Source of the DNA: Opitutales bacterium
GTDB lineage: Bacteria > Verrucomicrobiota > Verrucomicrobiia > Opitutales > JAFGAQ01
DNA length: 64,000 nucleotides
Reading direction: 5' to 3'
Assembly: GCA_033813415.1 (NCBI GenBank)
Contig: JAPXRV010000002.1
Coordinates: 23,432 to 87,431 of the forward strand
Numbering within the stretch: position 1 is the stretch's first letter; every line of letters begins with the position of its first letter. The translations under genes and the position numbers were made by a program. The notes beneath the pieces are model-generated. The model made no database searches and was not told the DNA's origin. It was given only the letters and a program-made list of their open reading frames with translations. Positions 49,562 to 59,079 of the stretch are shown in pieces.

Positions 49562-50602
49562 GTGTCTCTACTCGAAAACCTCCAGAACCAGCTTAGACGC
49601 CATCCCAAGCGGATTGTCTTTCCTGAAGGGGCGGACCCCCGGATCATTCAGGCCGCACGTCAGTTTGTAACGCATCAGCTCGGAATTCCTGTTTTGTTGG
49701 GCGATCGGAGTGTGATTAAGGAACGGGCGATGCAGTTGAATATCAATCTCGACCACATCCGCCTGATTGAGCCTGAACGGACGGATGAACTTGAGTTGTA
49801 TGTCGAACGGTTGTCGGCGATTTCGCATTTCTCGGATTTATCGCGGGCCCAGCTTCGGGATATCGCCTTGGACAAGAACGCTTACGCTGCTCTCATGGTC
49901 GCCAACGGGCAGGCCGATGGCCTGGTATCGGGTGCGACCACCACGGCTTCGAGCGCTTTGCGGCCGATGCTTCGGATCATACCGCGTCAGGATCATGTGA
50001 GCACCGTGTCATCTCTCCTGATATTGGATATTCCAATGGAGGAAAATGAGCGGCGGGTTTTGGCACTTGCCGATTCGGCGGTCATTCCGGATCCGAGTGC
50101 CGATCAGCTCAGTGACATTGCGATCACCACAGCGTTGCTGCGCTACCACCTGACCAATGAAGTGTCCAAGGTGGCGATGTTGAGCTACACCACACATTCG
50201 GAGCATGTGCATCACCCGGCTGTAAGGAAAATGCGGGAAGCAACTGCGAAGGTTAAAAACAGGATCCGCGAGCTGGATTTGCCGATTCTGGTGGAAGGTG
50301 AAATTCAGGCTGATGCGGCTCTCGATCCCTTCTCTGCCCGGATTAAACAATTGAGTGGAGATGTGGCTGGGGACGCGAATGTGTTGATCTTTCCCGATCT
50401 CGTGTCCAGCAACATCGCCTCCAAGATGGTGCAGTTTTTGTCGACCTGCAGGTCATACGGTCAGATCCTGACCGGATTCAATCGGCCGGCGGCAGAAATC
50501 AGCCGCAGTGCAAGTGCCCATGATATTCTCGGCACAGCGGTTATCGTCGCGGCGCAGGCAGTGGACCGCCGGCTCCTTTTTGGATTGAGCGGGCAGGGAT
50601 AA
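49562..50602 (+). CDS. pta: phosphate acetyltransferase, catalytic (PTA_PTB) domain only
   Basis: 346 aa with a GTG start. The typical N-terminus KRIVFPEGADPRIIQAA and the rest of the PTA_PTB-like body are present. No N-terminal regulatory domains are fused. Confidence 0.85.
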   Translation: MSLLENLQNQLRRHPKRIVFPEGADPRIIQAARQFVTHQLGIPVLLGDRSVIKERAMQLNINLDHIRLIEPERTDELELYVERLSAISHFSDLSRAQLRDIALDKNAYAALMVANGQADGLVSGATTTASSALRPMLRIIPRQDHVSTVSSLLILDIPMEENERRVLALADSAVIPDPSADQLSDIAITTALLRYHLTNEVSKVAMLSYTTHSEHVHHPAVRKMREATAKVKNRIRELDLPILVEGEIQADAALDPFSARIKQLSGDVAGDANVLIFPDLVSSNIASKMVQFLSTCRSYGQILTGFNRPAAEISRSASAHDILGTAVIVAAQAVDRRLLFGLSGQG

Positions 50603-50621
50603 TCGGACATTTCCGGTTTTC

Positions 50622-51791
50622 ATGGCAAACGCAGCTTCTTCCAATGCTCCATCGGGCGAATTGCTCAAGGGACCGCTCAATAGCACAACGAAACGCATTT
50701 TTGTTGCCGGAACCCGTATGAATGAAGGCAAGACAACGACTTGCCTCGGGCTGTTTTCCGCTCTTCAGTCGGTTCATCCAAAGGTGGGTTACATCAAGCC
50801 TGTCGGGCAGCGTTTTGTGGAAATCGGGGGCTCAATGATTGATGAGGACTCGGTATTGTTTGACCGGACCTATGAGATCTCGACGCCGATTGAAGCGATG
50901 AGTCCGGTCGCGATTGATCCGACTTTGACCCGGCGGTACCTGGATGACCCCGACTCGTATTCGCCTGCTTTGGTGGATCGGATCAGTCGGGGTTTTGACC
51001 GGGCCGCCTATGAGAAAGACTACATCATCATCGAAGGGAGCGGGCATGCCGGCGTGGGTTCGGTGATTGATATGTCCAACGCCTCGGTTGCCAAACTACT
51101 CGGGGCCAAGGTGATTATCGTGTCCTCAGGCGGGATCGGCCGGCCCGTGGACGAGATTGCGACCAACCGTGCCTTATTCCGGGAGCATGGCGTCGAGGTG
51201 ATCGGAGCGATCCTCAACAAGGTGTTTCCGGAGAAGCTCGAGTTCATCCGGGAGTATGGGCGTAAGGGATTGGCGCGCCTGGGTATCGATCTCTTGGGGG
51301 TGATTCCAGTGGTGAAGGAGCTTACCGCCCCGAATCTTACTCAGATTGTCGATGAGATCGGAGGGCGTTGGCTGAACGGAGAGGCGACTGGGCGGAATAC
51401 CCGTGTGCTTCGGGTCGTTATCGGCGCAATGACGGCAAGGGTGGCTTTGGAGTATTTCAAGCCAGGGGTTCTGGTGATTGTTCCGGGCGACCGCGAGGAC
51501 ATATTGTTCGCGGCTATGGCGTCGGAGCGGATGCTCGAGAACGCGGGCAGCGTGGCTGGTATTATTCTGACAAGGAATGTGCTTCCAAGTCCCCGTATGA
51601 TGGACTTGATCCGGCAGACTTCTTTGCCGGTGGTGATTTCGGAGGATGAGAGTTATGGAGTGGCTTCGAAGATCAATGGAATGACCATCAAGACTCAGCC
51701 GGAAGATTGTGACAAGATCCCGCTGATTCAGAAGACCATCATGGAGAATATTGACCTGGAGCGCATCCTGCAGGCTTTTGATGCTGAGTGA
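50622..51791 (+). CDS. BioD-like P-loop + DRTGG domain protein (equivalent to the N-terminal half of long-form Pta)
   Basis: 389 aa. The P-loop-like start is IFVAGTRMNEGKTTTCLGL...GYIKPVGQ. A DRTGG-like segment follows (VLVIVPGDREDILFAAM). It starts 19 nt after the pta stop. Confidence 0.7.
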   Translation: MANAASSNAPSGELLKGPLNSTTKRIFVAGTRMNEGKTTTCLGLFSALQSVHPKVGYIKPVGQRFVEIGGSMIDEDSVLFDRTYEISTPIEAMSPVAIDPTLTRRYLDDPDSYSPALVDRISRGFDRAAYEKDYIIIEGSGHAGVGSVIDMSNASVAKLLGAKVIIVSSGGIGRPVDEIATNRALFREHGVEVIGAILNKVFPEKLEFIREYGRKGLARLGIDLLGVIPVVKELTAPNLTQIVDEIGGRWLNGEATGRNTRVLRVVIGAMTARVALEYFKPGVLVIVPGDREDILFAAMASERMLENAGSVAGIILTRNVLPSPRMMDLIRQTSLPVVISEDESYGVASKINGMTIKTQPEDCDKIPLIQKTIMENIDLERILQAFDAE

Positions 51792-51906
51792 GTGTGGCTG
51801 GCGGAGGGCCTCGGGTGTTTGGTTTTGTGGGGATACCTGCTGAACTGAACCAGCTTTCGTTGATCCCGGGAATCCATGGGAGTTCTGTCATTACGCGTTC
51901 CTGCTG

Positions 51907-53796
51907 TCACTTCCGCATTAACGTCTGGATTCGGGCGATTTGGCAGCTTCTCGCTAGTCGAAGCAGTAGGTTGAGTCCGGAATCATTTGGGTATCCGGAT
52001 GCAACGCTGGACAAGTATTCTGCCAGTGTGGCGACGTCTCCCTCTTCGGCGTAAGCGCGGATATTGGCTTGAATGTGATCCGGCAGCGAGTGGACATTTG
52101 TGTGGAGTGTGCTGGAGTTGTCTGTTTCGAACGCATCTGCGGGACTCCGATCCGCCACACAGGGAGTGGCACAGGGCCCCATGTTTGTAAGGATGAAGTC
52201 TGTAGGTGGCGCGTGTAGGATTTCGCCACAGGATCCGGAATCTGATGCAGCGCTTTGGCTTATGAGCTTTCCCGATTCGATGCGCGACGTGTCGAGGATG
52301 TTGTTGATCAGCTTTAGAAGGTGGTCACCGCACTGGTGGATGACTTCGATCTGTTTGGTCACTTCCGGCTGGATGGTTTGGTTTCGGCGAAGGATCTGGG
52401 TGAAACCAAGAATTCCGTTGAGCGGCGTGCGGAGTTCGTGGCTGACTGATGCCAGAAAAATGGATTTTGCGCGGTTGGCCGACTCGGCTTTGTCCTTTTG
52501 AATGAGCAGGGCTTCCGATGTGACCCGAAGCGAATGGGTTCGCTCGTCCACCAGTCTTTCAAGCTTATCCCGGTGGGTTTTAAGTTCTTCGGATTGCGCC
52601 TCGAGGAGATGGGTTTTTTTGGCGAGGTCACGCCGGTTCTCAACGGATTGAATGGTCTGTTTGTATCCTATCAGCATGAGGAATGACATCATCCCAAGAT
52701 AGAAGGAGCTGGTTGTGATCCGGGATAGTCCCAATAGAGTCAGGATCACAAAGCTGAGGTCCAGACAGGCAGTAGCTACCAGAATTGAAAACGCCCAGCG
52801 GATGTAGGCTTGGTCGGGTCTTTGTCTTTCCCGAAGGAATCTCCAGAGCGAGGGCGAAACCAATCCAAGCGTGACTGGCATCATTCCCCAAAAGATGCAG
52901 ACCAGTACCGATGATATCAGTTGAGGGCTGGCCAAAAGGACGGCGGCAATCCAGACGTGAAGGATAGCAAGCTTGTGAACCCGGTTGGGTCTCCTCATTC
53001 CAAGCAGATTTTCGATGTATAGGAGAAACGCCACAGGAAGCAGAAACATGGAGCCATTGGTGAGATACCAGATGAGCCATGGATTCGGATTCCGGATGCT
53101 GAGAACTTCCGAATCGAGCATGTTGAGTCCGGTGAGCAGCGATAGGGTTCCAATGTGGATGAATGTGCGCCGGTTTTCCTCATCATGGACCGCTACCACA
53201 ATCAGGCAGTATACTCCCGAGAGGATCATGAGCATGCGGATGATTGCGATCGGCAGTTCCTGTTTTAACGCCTGAATGCTCCATTGGTTAACGGATCCGA
53301 AATGTGGAAACTCGGTGAAACCGCTTGATTCATACGGCTTGGAGGTGAACTCGATCAGGATCTGTTTGCCGGGTGCCCCATCCGGGAGCGGGATTGAGTG
53401 GGAGCTGGAGGATAGATACTGACGTGCAAACCAGGATTTGTCTTCGCCGTAGCTGTAGATGAGACCGTCCTCTACGAAGACACTGAACGGTCCGTGGGCA
53501 GAGTTTGTGAGGAGGACAATCCCTGCATCGTGAGGTAGTGTTTCGGGTAAGGTATTGCGGAAACAGAGGCGGCCTTCGTGACTGGAGAATCGAAGTTTGG
53601 GTTGCTTGGTTTCGATCCAGATGGACCCGGAATGTTGATCATCCAGTTGGAACGCCCAAGGGGTTCCTAATGGACGCAGGCCATATGGTCCCTCGCCGTT
53701 TTTCGCTTCATTCCAGAATCTTCCCCGGACACCTGTCACAACACATAGCAACAGCACAATGCTGATGATGGTCCATATGTGTTTCTTGGGATGCAT
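51907..53796 (-). CDS. 7TM-receptor (7TMR-DISM-like) HisKA protein lacking a recognisable HATPase_c domain
   Basis: I prefer the ATG at 53796 (MHPKKHIWTIISIVLLLCVV). It has an extracytoplasmic region, seven hydrophobic helices, a coiled coil and the H-box FLASVSHELRTPLNGILGF. It ends ~120 aa after the HisKA domain with no N/G1/F/G2 boxes. Confidence 0.7.
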   Translation of the reverse strand: MHPKKHIWTIISIVLLLCVVTGVRGRFWNEAKNGEGPYGLRPLGTPWAFQLDDQHSGSIWIETKQPKLRFSSHEGRLCFRNTLPETLPHDAGIVLLTNSAHGPFSVFVEDGLIYSYGEDKSWFARQYLSSSSHSIPLPDGAPGKQILIEFTSKPYESSGFTEFPHFGSVNQWSIQALKQELPIAIIRMLMILSGVYCLIVVAVHDEENRRTFIHIGTLSLLTGLNMLDSEVLSIRNPNPWLIWYLTNGSMFLLPVAFLLYIENLLGMRRPNRVHKLAILHVWIAAVLLASPQLISSVLVCIFWGMMPVTLGLVSPSLWRFLRERQRPDQAYIRWAFSILVATACLDLSFVILTLLGLSRITTSSFYLGMMSFLMLIGYKQTIQSVENRRDLAKKTHLLEAQSEELKTHRDKLERLVDERTHSLRVTSEALLIQKDKAESANRAKSIFLASVSHELRTPLNGILGFTQILRRNQTIQPEVTKQIEVIHQCGDHLLKLINNILDTSRIESGKLISQSAASDSGSCGEILHAPPTDFILTNMGPCATPCVADRSPADAFETDNSSTLHTNVHSLPDHIQANIRAYAEEGDVATLAEYLSSVASGYPNDSGLNLLLRLARSCQIARIQTLMRK

Positions 53797-54125
53797 GAAC
53801 GGCCCGTTTTTGAATGGGTATGAATCCGTGGTGTGGCATATCCCGTGCCATAGTGGTGGAAAATGTGTCCAATATGAACAAAACGCAGTGTGCATCGGGA
53901 TTGATGTCTGGACAGACAATCCCGATGCACCACAGGGGCGGCACGAGGGATCGTGGGCAATCGATCCTATATCGCTCCATTGGAACGAGAAGTCGTGGGC
54001 GTACGCCCACAAACCAACGGCTTCGTGCGGGCCGTGTGGTTTGCCTTATACCCTATGGGCGATCAACTGTTGGGTGGCGTTTCGACGGATACCTATCGGG
54101 CATGTCCTGTATAAAACTGCGCCAA

Positions 54126-55310
54126 TCAGGCGCCCGTGGATTTCCGCGTTTCCAGGAAATGCTCAATGCGGTTGCAGGCTTCGATCAAGGTTTCGTAGGC
54201 CGTTGAAAAACTTACCCTTACGAATCCTTCGCCAGCCGGTCCAAAGGCGTTTCCAGGAACGAGCGCCACGTTCTCGCTGTCCAGCAGTGATGTGGCAAAT
54301 GCTTTTGAATCCAGACCGGTGCTCTTGATGCACGGGAATACGTAGAAACTTCCTCCCGGAGAATGGCACTTGAGCCCCATTCCATTGAAGCGTTCCACCA
54401 GAAAATCGCGCCGGCGATGATACTGGGCTTTCATTCTGGCCACGCTGTCATCTCCATTCCGGAGTGCCTCAATGGCGGCTTCCTGGCTCAGGATGGGAGC
54501 GCACAGCATGCTGTATTGGTGGACCTTCATCATGGCCTCGATCAGCTCGCGTGGACCGCAGGCATAGCCGATGCGGAATCCGGTCATGGCAAATGCCTTC
54601 GAGAATCCGTGCAGGAGCAGGGTGCGATCCCGCATGCCCGGCAGGCTGGCAATGCTCACATGTGGCCGATCGAACGATAGCTCACTGTAAATCTCATCGC
54701 TGATGACCAGCAGGTCTTTTTCGATAGCGAAATCGGCGATCTTCTGGAGGGTTTCCATGTCGGCGGTGCCACCGGTCGGGTTGGTCGGGAAGTTCAGCAC
54801 CAGAACCTTGCAACCCGGAGTCCATGCCTGCCTGAGTTTCTCAGGATTGAGCATGAACGCATCGTCGGGAGATGTCGATACTCCGACCCCTTCCCCGTGC
54901 ACCAGACTGATGCTCGGATGGTAGGAGACGTAGCAGGGTTCATGATAGATGACTTTCTCGCCGGGGTTGACCACTGACCTCAGCGCGAGATCCAGCGCCT
55001 CCGATACTCCAACCGTTACCAATACCTCGTTTTGCGGGGCGTAGGATACGTGGAAGAAGCGCTCAACATAGGCGCATATCTCCCGGCGCAGCCGGATGAG
55101 GCCGAGGTTGTCGGTGTAACTCGTGCGCCCGCGTTCAAGGGCGAACCAGGCGGCCTCGCGGATATGCCATGGGGTGACGAAATCGGGTTCCCCTATGGCC
55201 AGCGATATGGCGTCCGGACGCTGGGCGACCAGCCCGAAGAAATCGCGGATTCCGGAACGCGGAAGAACTTTGACGTGATGAGCAACAAACTCAGATGGGT
55301 TGCGTGGCAT
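54126..55310 (-). CDS. PLP-dependent aminotransferase, class I/II (aspartate/aromatic-type)
   Basis: The PLP-lysine motif is in LHGFSKAFAMTGFRIGY, and NPTNPTG-like FPTNPTGG is present. I prefer the ATG at 55310; the track start is 55352. Confidence 0.85.
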   Translation of the reverse strand: MPRNPSEFVAHHVKVLPRSGIRDFFGLVAQRPDAISLAIGEPDFVTPWHIREAAWFALERGRTSYTDNLGLIRLRREICAYVERFFHVSYAPQNEVLVTVGVSEALDLALRSVVNPGEKVIYHEPCYVSYHPSISLVHGEGVGVSTSPDDAFMLNPEKLRQAWTPGCKVLVLNFPTNPTGGTADMETLQKIADFAIEKDLLVISDEIYSELSFDRPHVSIASLPGMRDRTLLLHGFSKAFAMTGFRIGYACGPRELIEAMMKVHQYSMLCAPILSQEAAIEALRNGDDSVARMKAQYHRRRDFLVERFNGMGLKCHSPGGSFYVFPCIKSTGLDSKAFATSLLDSENVALVPGNAFGPAGEGFVRVSFSTAYETLIEACNRIEHFLETRKSTGA

Positions 55311-55425
55311 GGATCTGAAAAAGGTGAGAAGAATGGTTTGGGTAGAACCCACGGTCTGCCAACTCCTGCGTTGTCCTCATCGGACAGACAATGCATTTGA
55401 AGGATGCCGTGAGGACCGCTTGCTT

Positions 55426-55908
55426 TTAAGCGCTGACGGTCGGCTTGTCCGGATCGTGACTGGTTTTGACCAGTTCAAATCCTTGTTCCTTGTAGGCCCT
55501 CAGGAGGAAGTGGGTGGCAGTGGAAAGGACGCCATCCATGGTTGAGAGGCGCTCCGATATAAAGCGTGCGACCTGATGGAGCGAGTGTCCCGACACGATC
55601 GCCATGAGATCGTATCCACCCGACATGAGGTAGCAGCTCTCCACTTCCTGAAAACGGGCAATCCGCAGTGCCAGACGGTCAAACCCCCCGTCTCTTTCGG
55701 GGCGGATGCGGATTTCGATCACAGCCCGCACCACTTCTGAATCGATCTTGGTCGGATCGATCACCGGCCTCCAACCAAGGAAGATACCCTTTTCCTTCAA
55801 CGCCGCCAGACCCGCTTCAATTTCCGCTTCGGTGCGATGCAGAATTTCCGCGATTTGGCCAATGGAGAGAGGCTCTCCATCCAGGATCAGTTTGAGTATC
55901 TCGTTCAT
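55426..55908 (-). CDS. Lrp/AsnC family transcriptional regulator
   Basis: An N-terminal HTH (MNEILKLILDGEPLSIGQIAEILHRTEAEIEAGL) is followed by a RAM/AsnC-type ligand domain (CYLMSGGYDLMAIV). I prefer the ATG at 55908 over the track start at 55965. Confidence 0.8.
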   Translation of the reverse strand: MNEILKLILDGEPLSIGQIAEILHRTEAEIEAGLAALKEKGIFLGWRPVIDPTKIDSEVVRAVIEIRIRPERDGGFDRLALRIARFQEVESCYLMSGGYDLMAIVSGHSLHQVARFISERLSTMDGVLSTATHFLLRAYKEQGFELVKTSHDPDKPTVSA

Positions 55909-56192
55909 TGAAAAACAAAGCATGCGAGGGTGTTTTGACCGTGTCAAGGGGACAGTTGACGCCATCGGAGTCCGTCGAATGTCGTCGAATACTGTCGGAG
56001 TCCATCGGGTGCTATCGGGCGATGATTTGTGCTCGCATTCTTGAGACGTCTATCTAGATTAGGCTAAGTTTAACCTACCGAACGGGCATCTGGGAAACGG
56101 GATGGATGCATTCCTCTTTCCATCAGATGGCGACCAATCAAAGTGTTGAGATCAGAAGAGTAGTTGTTCGCAAAATGACTGGATGATTCAAG

Positions 56193-57800
56193 ATGACAGA
56201 GACAACGGGAGCAAATCTGGGTTTTGAGGACAAGCTGTGGAACGCGGCGGACAAGATGCGGGGCACGATGGATGCGGCCGAGTATAAACATGTCGTCCTT
56301 GGACTGATCTTCCTAAAATACATCTCGGATGCTTTTCAGGAGCGCTACGACCAGTTGAAGGCAGAGGCTTTTGCCGACCCCGAAGATCGCGACGAATACA
56401 TGGCCCTCAATGTCTTCTGGGTTCCGCCTGAGGCCCGTTGGCTCTATCTCCAGAGCCGCGCTAAAGACCCGAAGATTGGCCAGCTCCTGGACGAGGGAAT
56501 GACCGCCATCGAGCGTGACAACCCTCCGCTAAAGGGTGTGCTTCCCAAAGACTACGCCCGGCCTTCTCTCGACAAAGCGCGGCTTGGGCAACTCATCGAT
56601 TTAATCGCTACGATTGGCTTGGGAGACGAGCAGAGCCGTCAGCGTGACGTCCTCGGGCGCGTTTACGAGTACTTTCTTGCCAGGTTTGCCGAAAAGGAAG
56701 GCAAACTTGGCGGTGAGTTCTATACTCCGCAGTGCGTGGTCCAGCTGCTCGTGGAGATGCTGGAGCCCTACAAGGGCCGCGTCTTTGACCCCTGCTGTGG
56801 CTCGGGTGGCATGTTTGTGCAAGCGGTGCGCTTCGTGAAGGCCCACGCCACCGGCAATGGCAACGGCGCAGCCGCCCTGAGGCAGATTTCCATCTATGGG
56901 CAAGAGTCGAACTATACAACTTGGCGGCTGGCCATCATGAATCTGGCCATTCGGGGCATTGATGCTGATATCCGTTGGGGCGACTCTTTCCTTCAGAATA
57001 AGCATCCCGACCTTCGGGCCGACTACATCATCGCCAACCCGCCTTTCAATATGGAGGATTGGGGTTTTTCCAAGGTGAAGGATGACGTGCGCTGGGCTTA
57101 CGGCACTCCTCCCGGAGGCGGGCAACGGAAGCAGAAGGATGGCTCCGTTGTTTCGGTGGACGGCGGCAACGCCAACTACGCCTGGATTCAGCATTTCATT
57201 CACCATCTGGCTTCAGACGGCCTTGCGGGCTTTGTTCTTGCCAACGGCTCCATGTCCACCCAGACGGGCGGAGAGGGAGAGATCCGCAAAGCCCTGATCG
57301 AAGCTGACATGGTGGACTGCATGATCGCGCTGCCCGGCCAGCTCTTCTACACCACGCAGATTCCCGTCTGCCTGTGGTTCCTCACGCGATCGAAGCGTCC
57401 GGACAACAAGCGGGGCTTCCGGGGGCGCGTTGGAGAGACCCTTTTTATCGATGCCCGCAAGCTTGGCACCCTTATAGATCGCACTCACCGTGAGCTGTCT
57501 GCTGCTGAAATCGTGGAAGTCGCCCGTACCTACCATGCCTGGCGCGGCGAAGCTAAGGATGGTGCTTACGAGGATAAGCCCGGCTTCTGCCAGTCGGCGA
57601 CCCTCGAGGATATCCGCAAGCACCATCATGTGCTGACACCTGGCCGGTATGTGGGCTCCGAAGCGATCGAAGACGATGGCATTCCCTTTGAGGAAAAGAT
57701 GGCCGAACTCGCCGACCGCCTGCAGCAGCAGATGCGGGAATCCATCGAACTCGATGCCACCATCCGCAAGAATCTGGAGGTTTTGGGCTATGGAGAGTGA
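56193..57800 (+). CDS. hsdM: Type I restriction-modification system, DNA methyltransferase subunit
   Basis: 535 aa with an HsdM_N-like N-terminus. Motifs: [17 protein letters not shown] motif [11 protein letters not shown], and catalytic IANPPFNM (NPPF at 57036-57047). Confidence 0.9.
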   Translation: MTETTGANLGFEDKLWNAADKMRGTMDAAEYKHVVLGLIFLKYISDAFQERYDQLKAEAFADPEDRDEYMALNVFWVPPEARWLYLQSRAKDPKIGQLLDEGMTAIERDNPPLKGVLPKDYARPSLDKARLGQLIDLIATIGLGDEQSRQRDVLGRVYEYFLARFAEKEGKLGGEFYTPQCVVQLLVEMLEPYKGRVFDPCCGSGGMFVQAVRFVKAHATGNGNGAAALRQISIYGQESNYTTWRLAIMNLAIRGIDADIRWGDSFLQNKHPDLRADYIIANPPFNMEDWGFSKVKDDVRWAYGTPPGGGQRKQKDGSVVSVDGGNANYAWIQHFIHHLASDGLAGFVLANGSMSTQTGGEGEIRKALIEADMVDCMIALPGQLFYTTQIPVCLWFLTRSKRPDNKRGFRGRVGETLFIDARKLGTLIDRTHRELSAAEIVEVARTYHAWRGEAKDGAYEDKPGFCQSATLEDIRKHHHVLTPGRYVGSEAIEDDGIPFEEKMAELADRLQQQMRESIELDATIRKNLEVLGYGE

Positions 57801-59079
57801 GTGGACAAAGAGCACTTGGGGTGACGAGGTTTCCTTGGAATACGGCAAGGGCATTCGCGGGTATCAAACTGCCAAGGGTCGGTATCGCGTGTTTGGCGCT
57901 AACGGTCCAGTCGGTTGGACAAGCAAACCACTTGTGCAGGGTTCAGGGGTGATTTTAGGTAGGAAGGGAGCATATCGAGGGGTTGAGTATTCGAAGGAAC
58001 CGTTCTTCGTCATCGATACAGCGTATTACGTGCAGCCCAAGAAGCCTCTCGATATGAGGTGGCTTTATTACGCCATAAAGTACTATAGGCTTGGGGAAAT
58101 AGACGATGGCTCGCCAATTCCATCTACGACAAGGGCTGCTGTCTATGTTCGCGATTTGAGCGTTCCCCCGCTTCCCGAGCAGAAGGCTATTGCGCACGTG
58201 CTCGGGTCGTTGGATGACAAGATAGAAGCGAACCGGCAGATGAACTCCACGCTGGAGGCGATGGCGCAGGCGCTCTTCAAGAGCTGGTTCGTGGACTTCG
58301 ACCCCGTGATCGACAACGCCCTCGCCGCAGGCAACCCCATTCCCGACGAACTCCAGGCCCGCGCCGCAGCCCGTGAATCCCTCGGCGACGCCCGCAAACC
58401 CCTCCCCGAACACCTCCAGAACCTCTTCCCCGCCTCCTTCACCCAAACCGAAGAACTCGGCTGGATTCCGGAGGGGTGGGCGGTAGGCCGCATTCGTGAC
58501 TGTTGTGAAAAGATTCAGAATGGCGGAACCCCAAAACGAAACATCAAGGATTATTGGCAGCCGCTCCAAGTGCCCTGGTTGACTTCCGGCGAGGTAAGAC
58601 GCGGTTTCATTACCAGAACTGAAACTTTCATTTCTGAGCTTGGACTGCAAAAAAGTGCGGCAAAATGGGTTCCTGAAGATGCGACCGTAGTCGCCCTTTA
58701 CGGAGCGACTGCCGGTCAGGTTGCTTTCTGCGCCTCAAGGCTTACTACTAACCAAGCAGTATGTGCCTTGATCAGCAAAGAGAACTATCGCTTCTTTAGT
58801 TACATTTTTCTGTCTCGATCTATTGGTTCCTTAGCCAATCAGGCAAGAGGTTCAGCTCAGCAGAACATAAGTAAGGGCATTGTTGAGGAACTCCCAGTGA
58901 TCCTCCCAAATACATCTGTCGTTCAAACCTTTGACAAACTACTTGAACCAGTCTTCGCCAAGTGGAAGCTGAACGAATCGTATAGCTCCGACCTCGCCAA
59001 GACCCGTGACACACTGCTGCCCAAACTCCTCTCCGGCGAACTCCGCCTGCCAATCGAAGAATTGGAGGTGGCGGTATGA
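57790..59079 (+). CDS. hsdS: Type I restriction-modification system, specificity subunit
   Basis: The ATG at 57790 ([14 protein letters not shown]) overlaps the hsdM stop by 11 nt. Two variable TRD-like halves are separated by conserved helices: [46 protein letters not shown] and the C-terminal [16 protein letters not shown]. Confidence 0.85.
   Translation: MESEWTKSTWGDEVSLEYGKGIRGYQTAKGRYRVFGANGPVGWTSKPLVQGSGVILGRKGAYRGVEYSKEPFFVIDTAYYVQPKKPLDMRWLYYAIKYYRLGEIDDGSPIPSTTRAAVYVRDLSVPPLPEQKAIAHVLGSLDDKIEANRQMNSTLEAMAQALFKSWFVDFDPVIDNALAAGNPIPDELQARAAARESLGDARKPLPEHLQNLFPASFTQTEELGWIPEGWAVGRIRDCCEKIQNGGTPKRNIKDYWQPLQVPWLTSGEVRRGFITRTETFISELGLQKSAAKWVPEDATVVALYGATAGQVAFCASRLTTNQAVCALISKENYRFFSYIFLSRSIGSLANQARGSAQQNISKGIVEELPVILPNTSVVQTFDKLLEPVFAKWKLNESYSSDLAKTRDTLLPKLLSGELRLPIEELEVAV

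Noticed and set aside
53797-54012. 72-aa N-terminal extension of the 7TM HisKA protein
   Set aside because: It is Cys/His/Trp-rich and not like a signal peptide. The internal ATG at 53796 gives a proper signal or TM start.
57955-58650. 231-aa minus-strand ORF inside hsdS
   Set aside because: The sense frame shows the conserved HsdS helices. The antisense product has no recognisable features.
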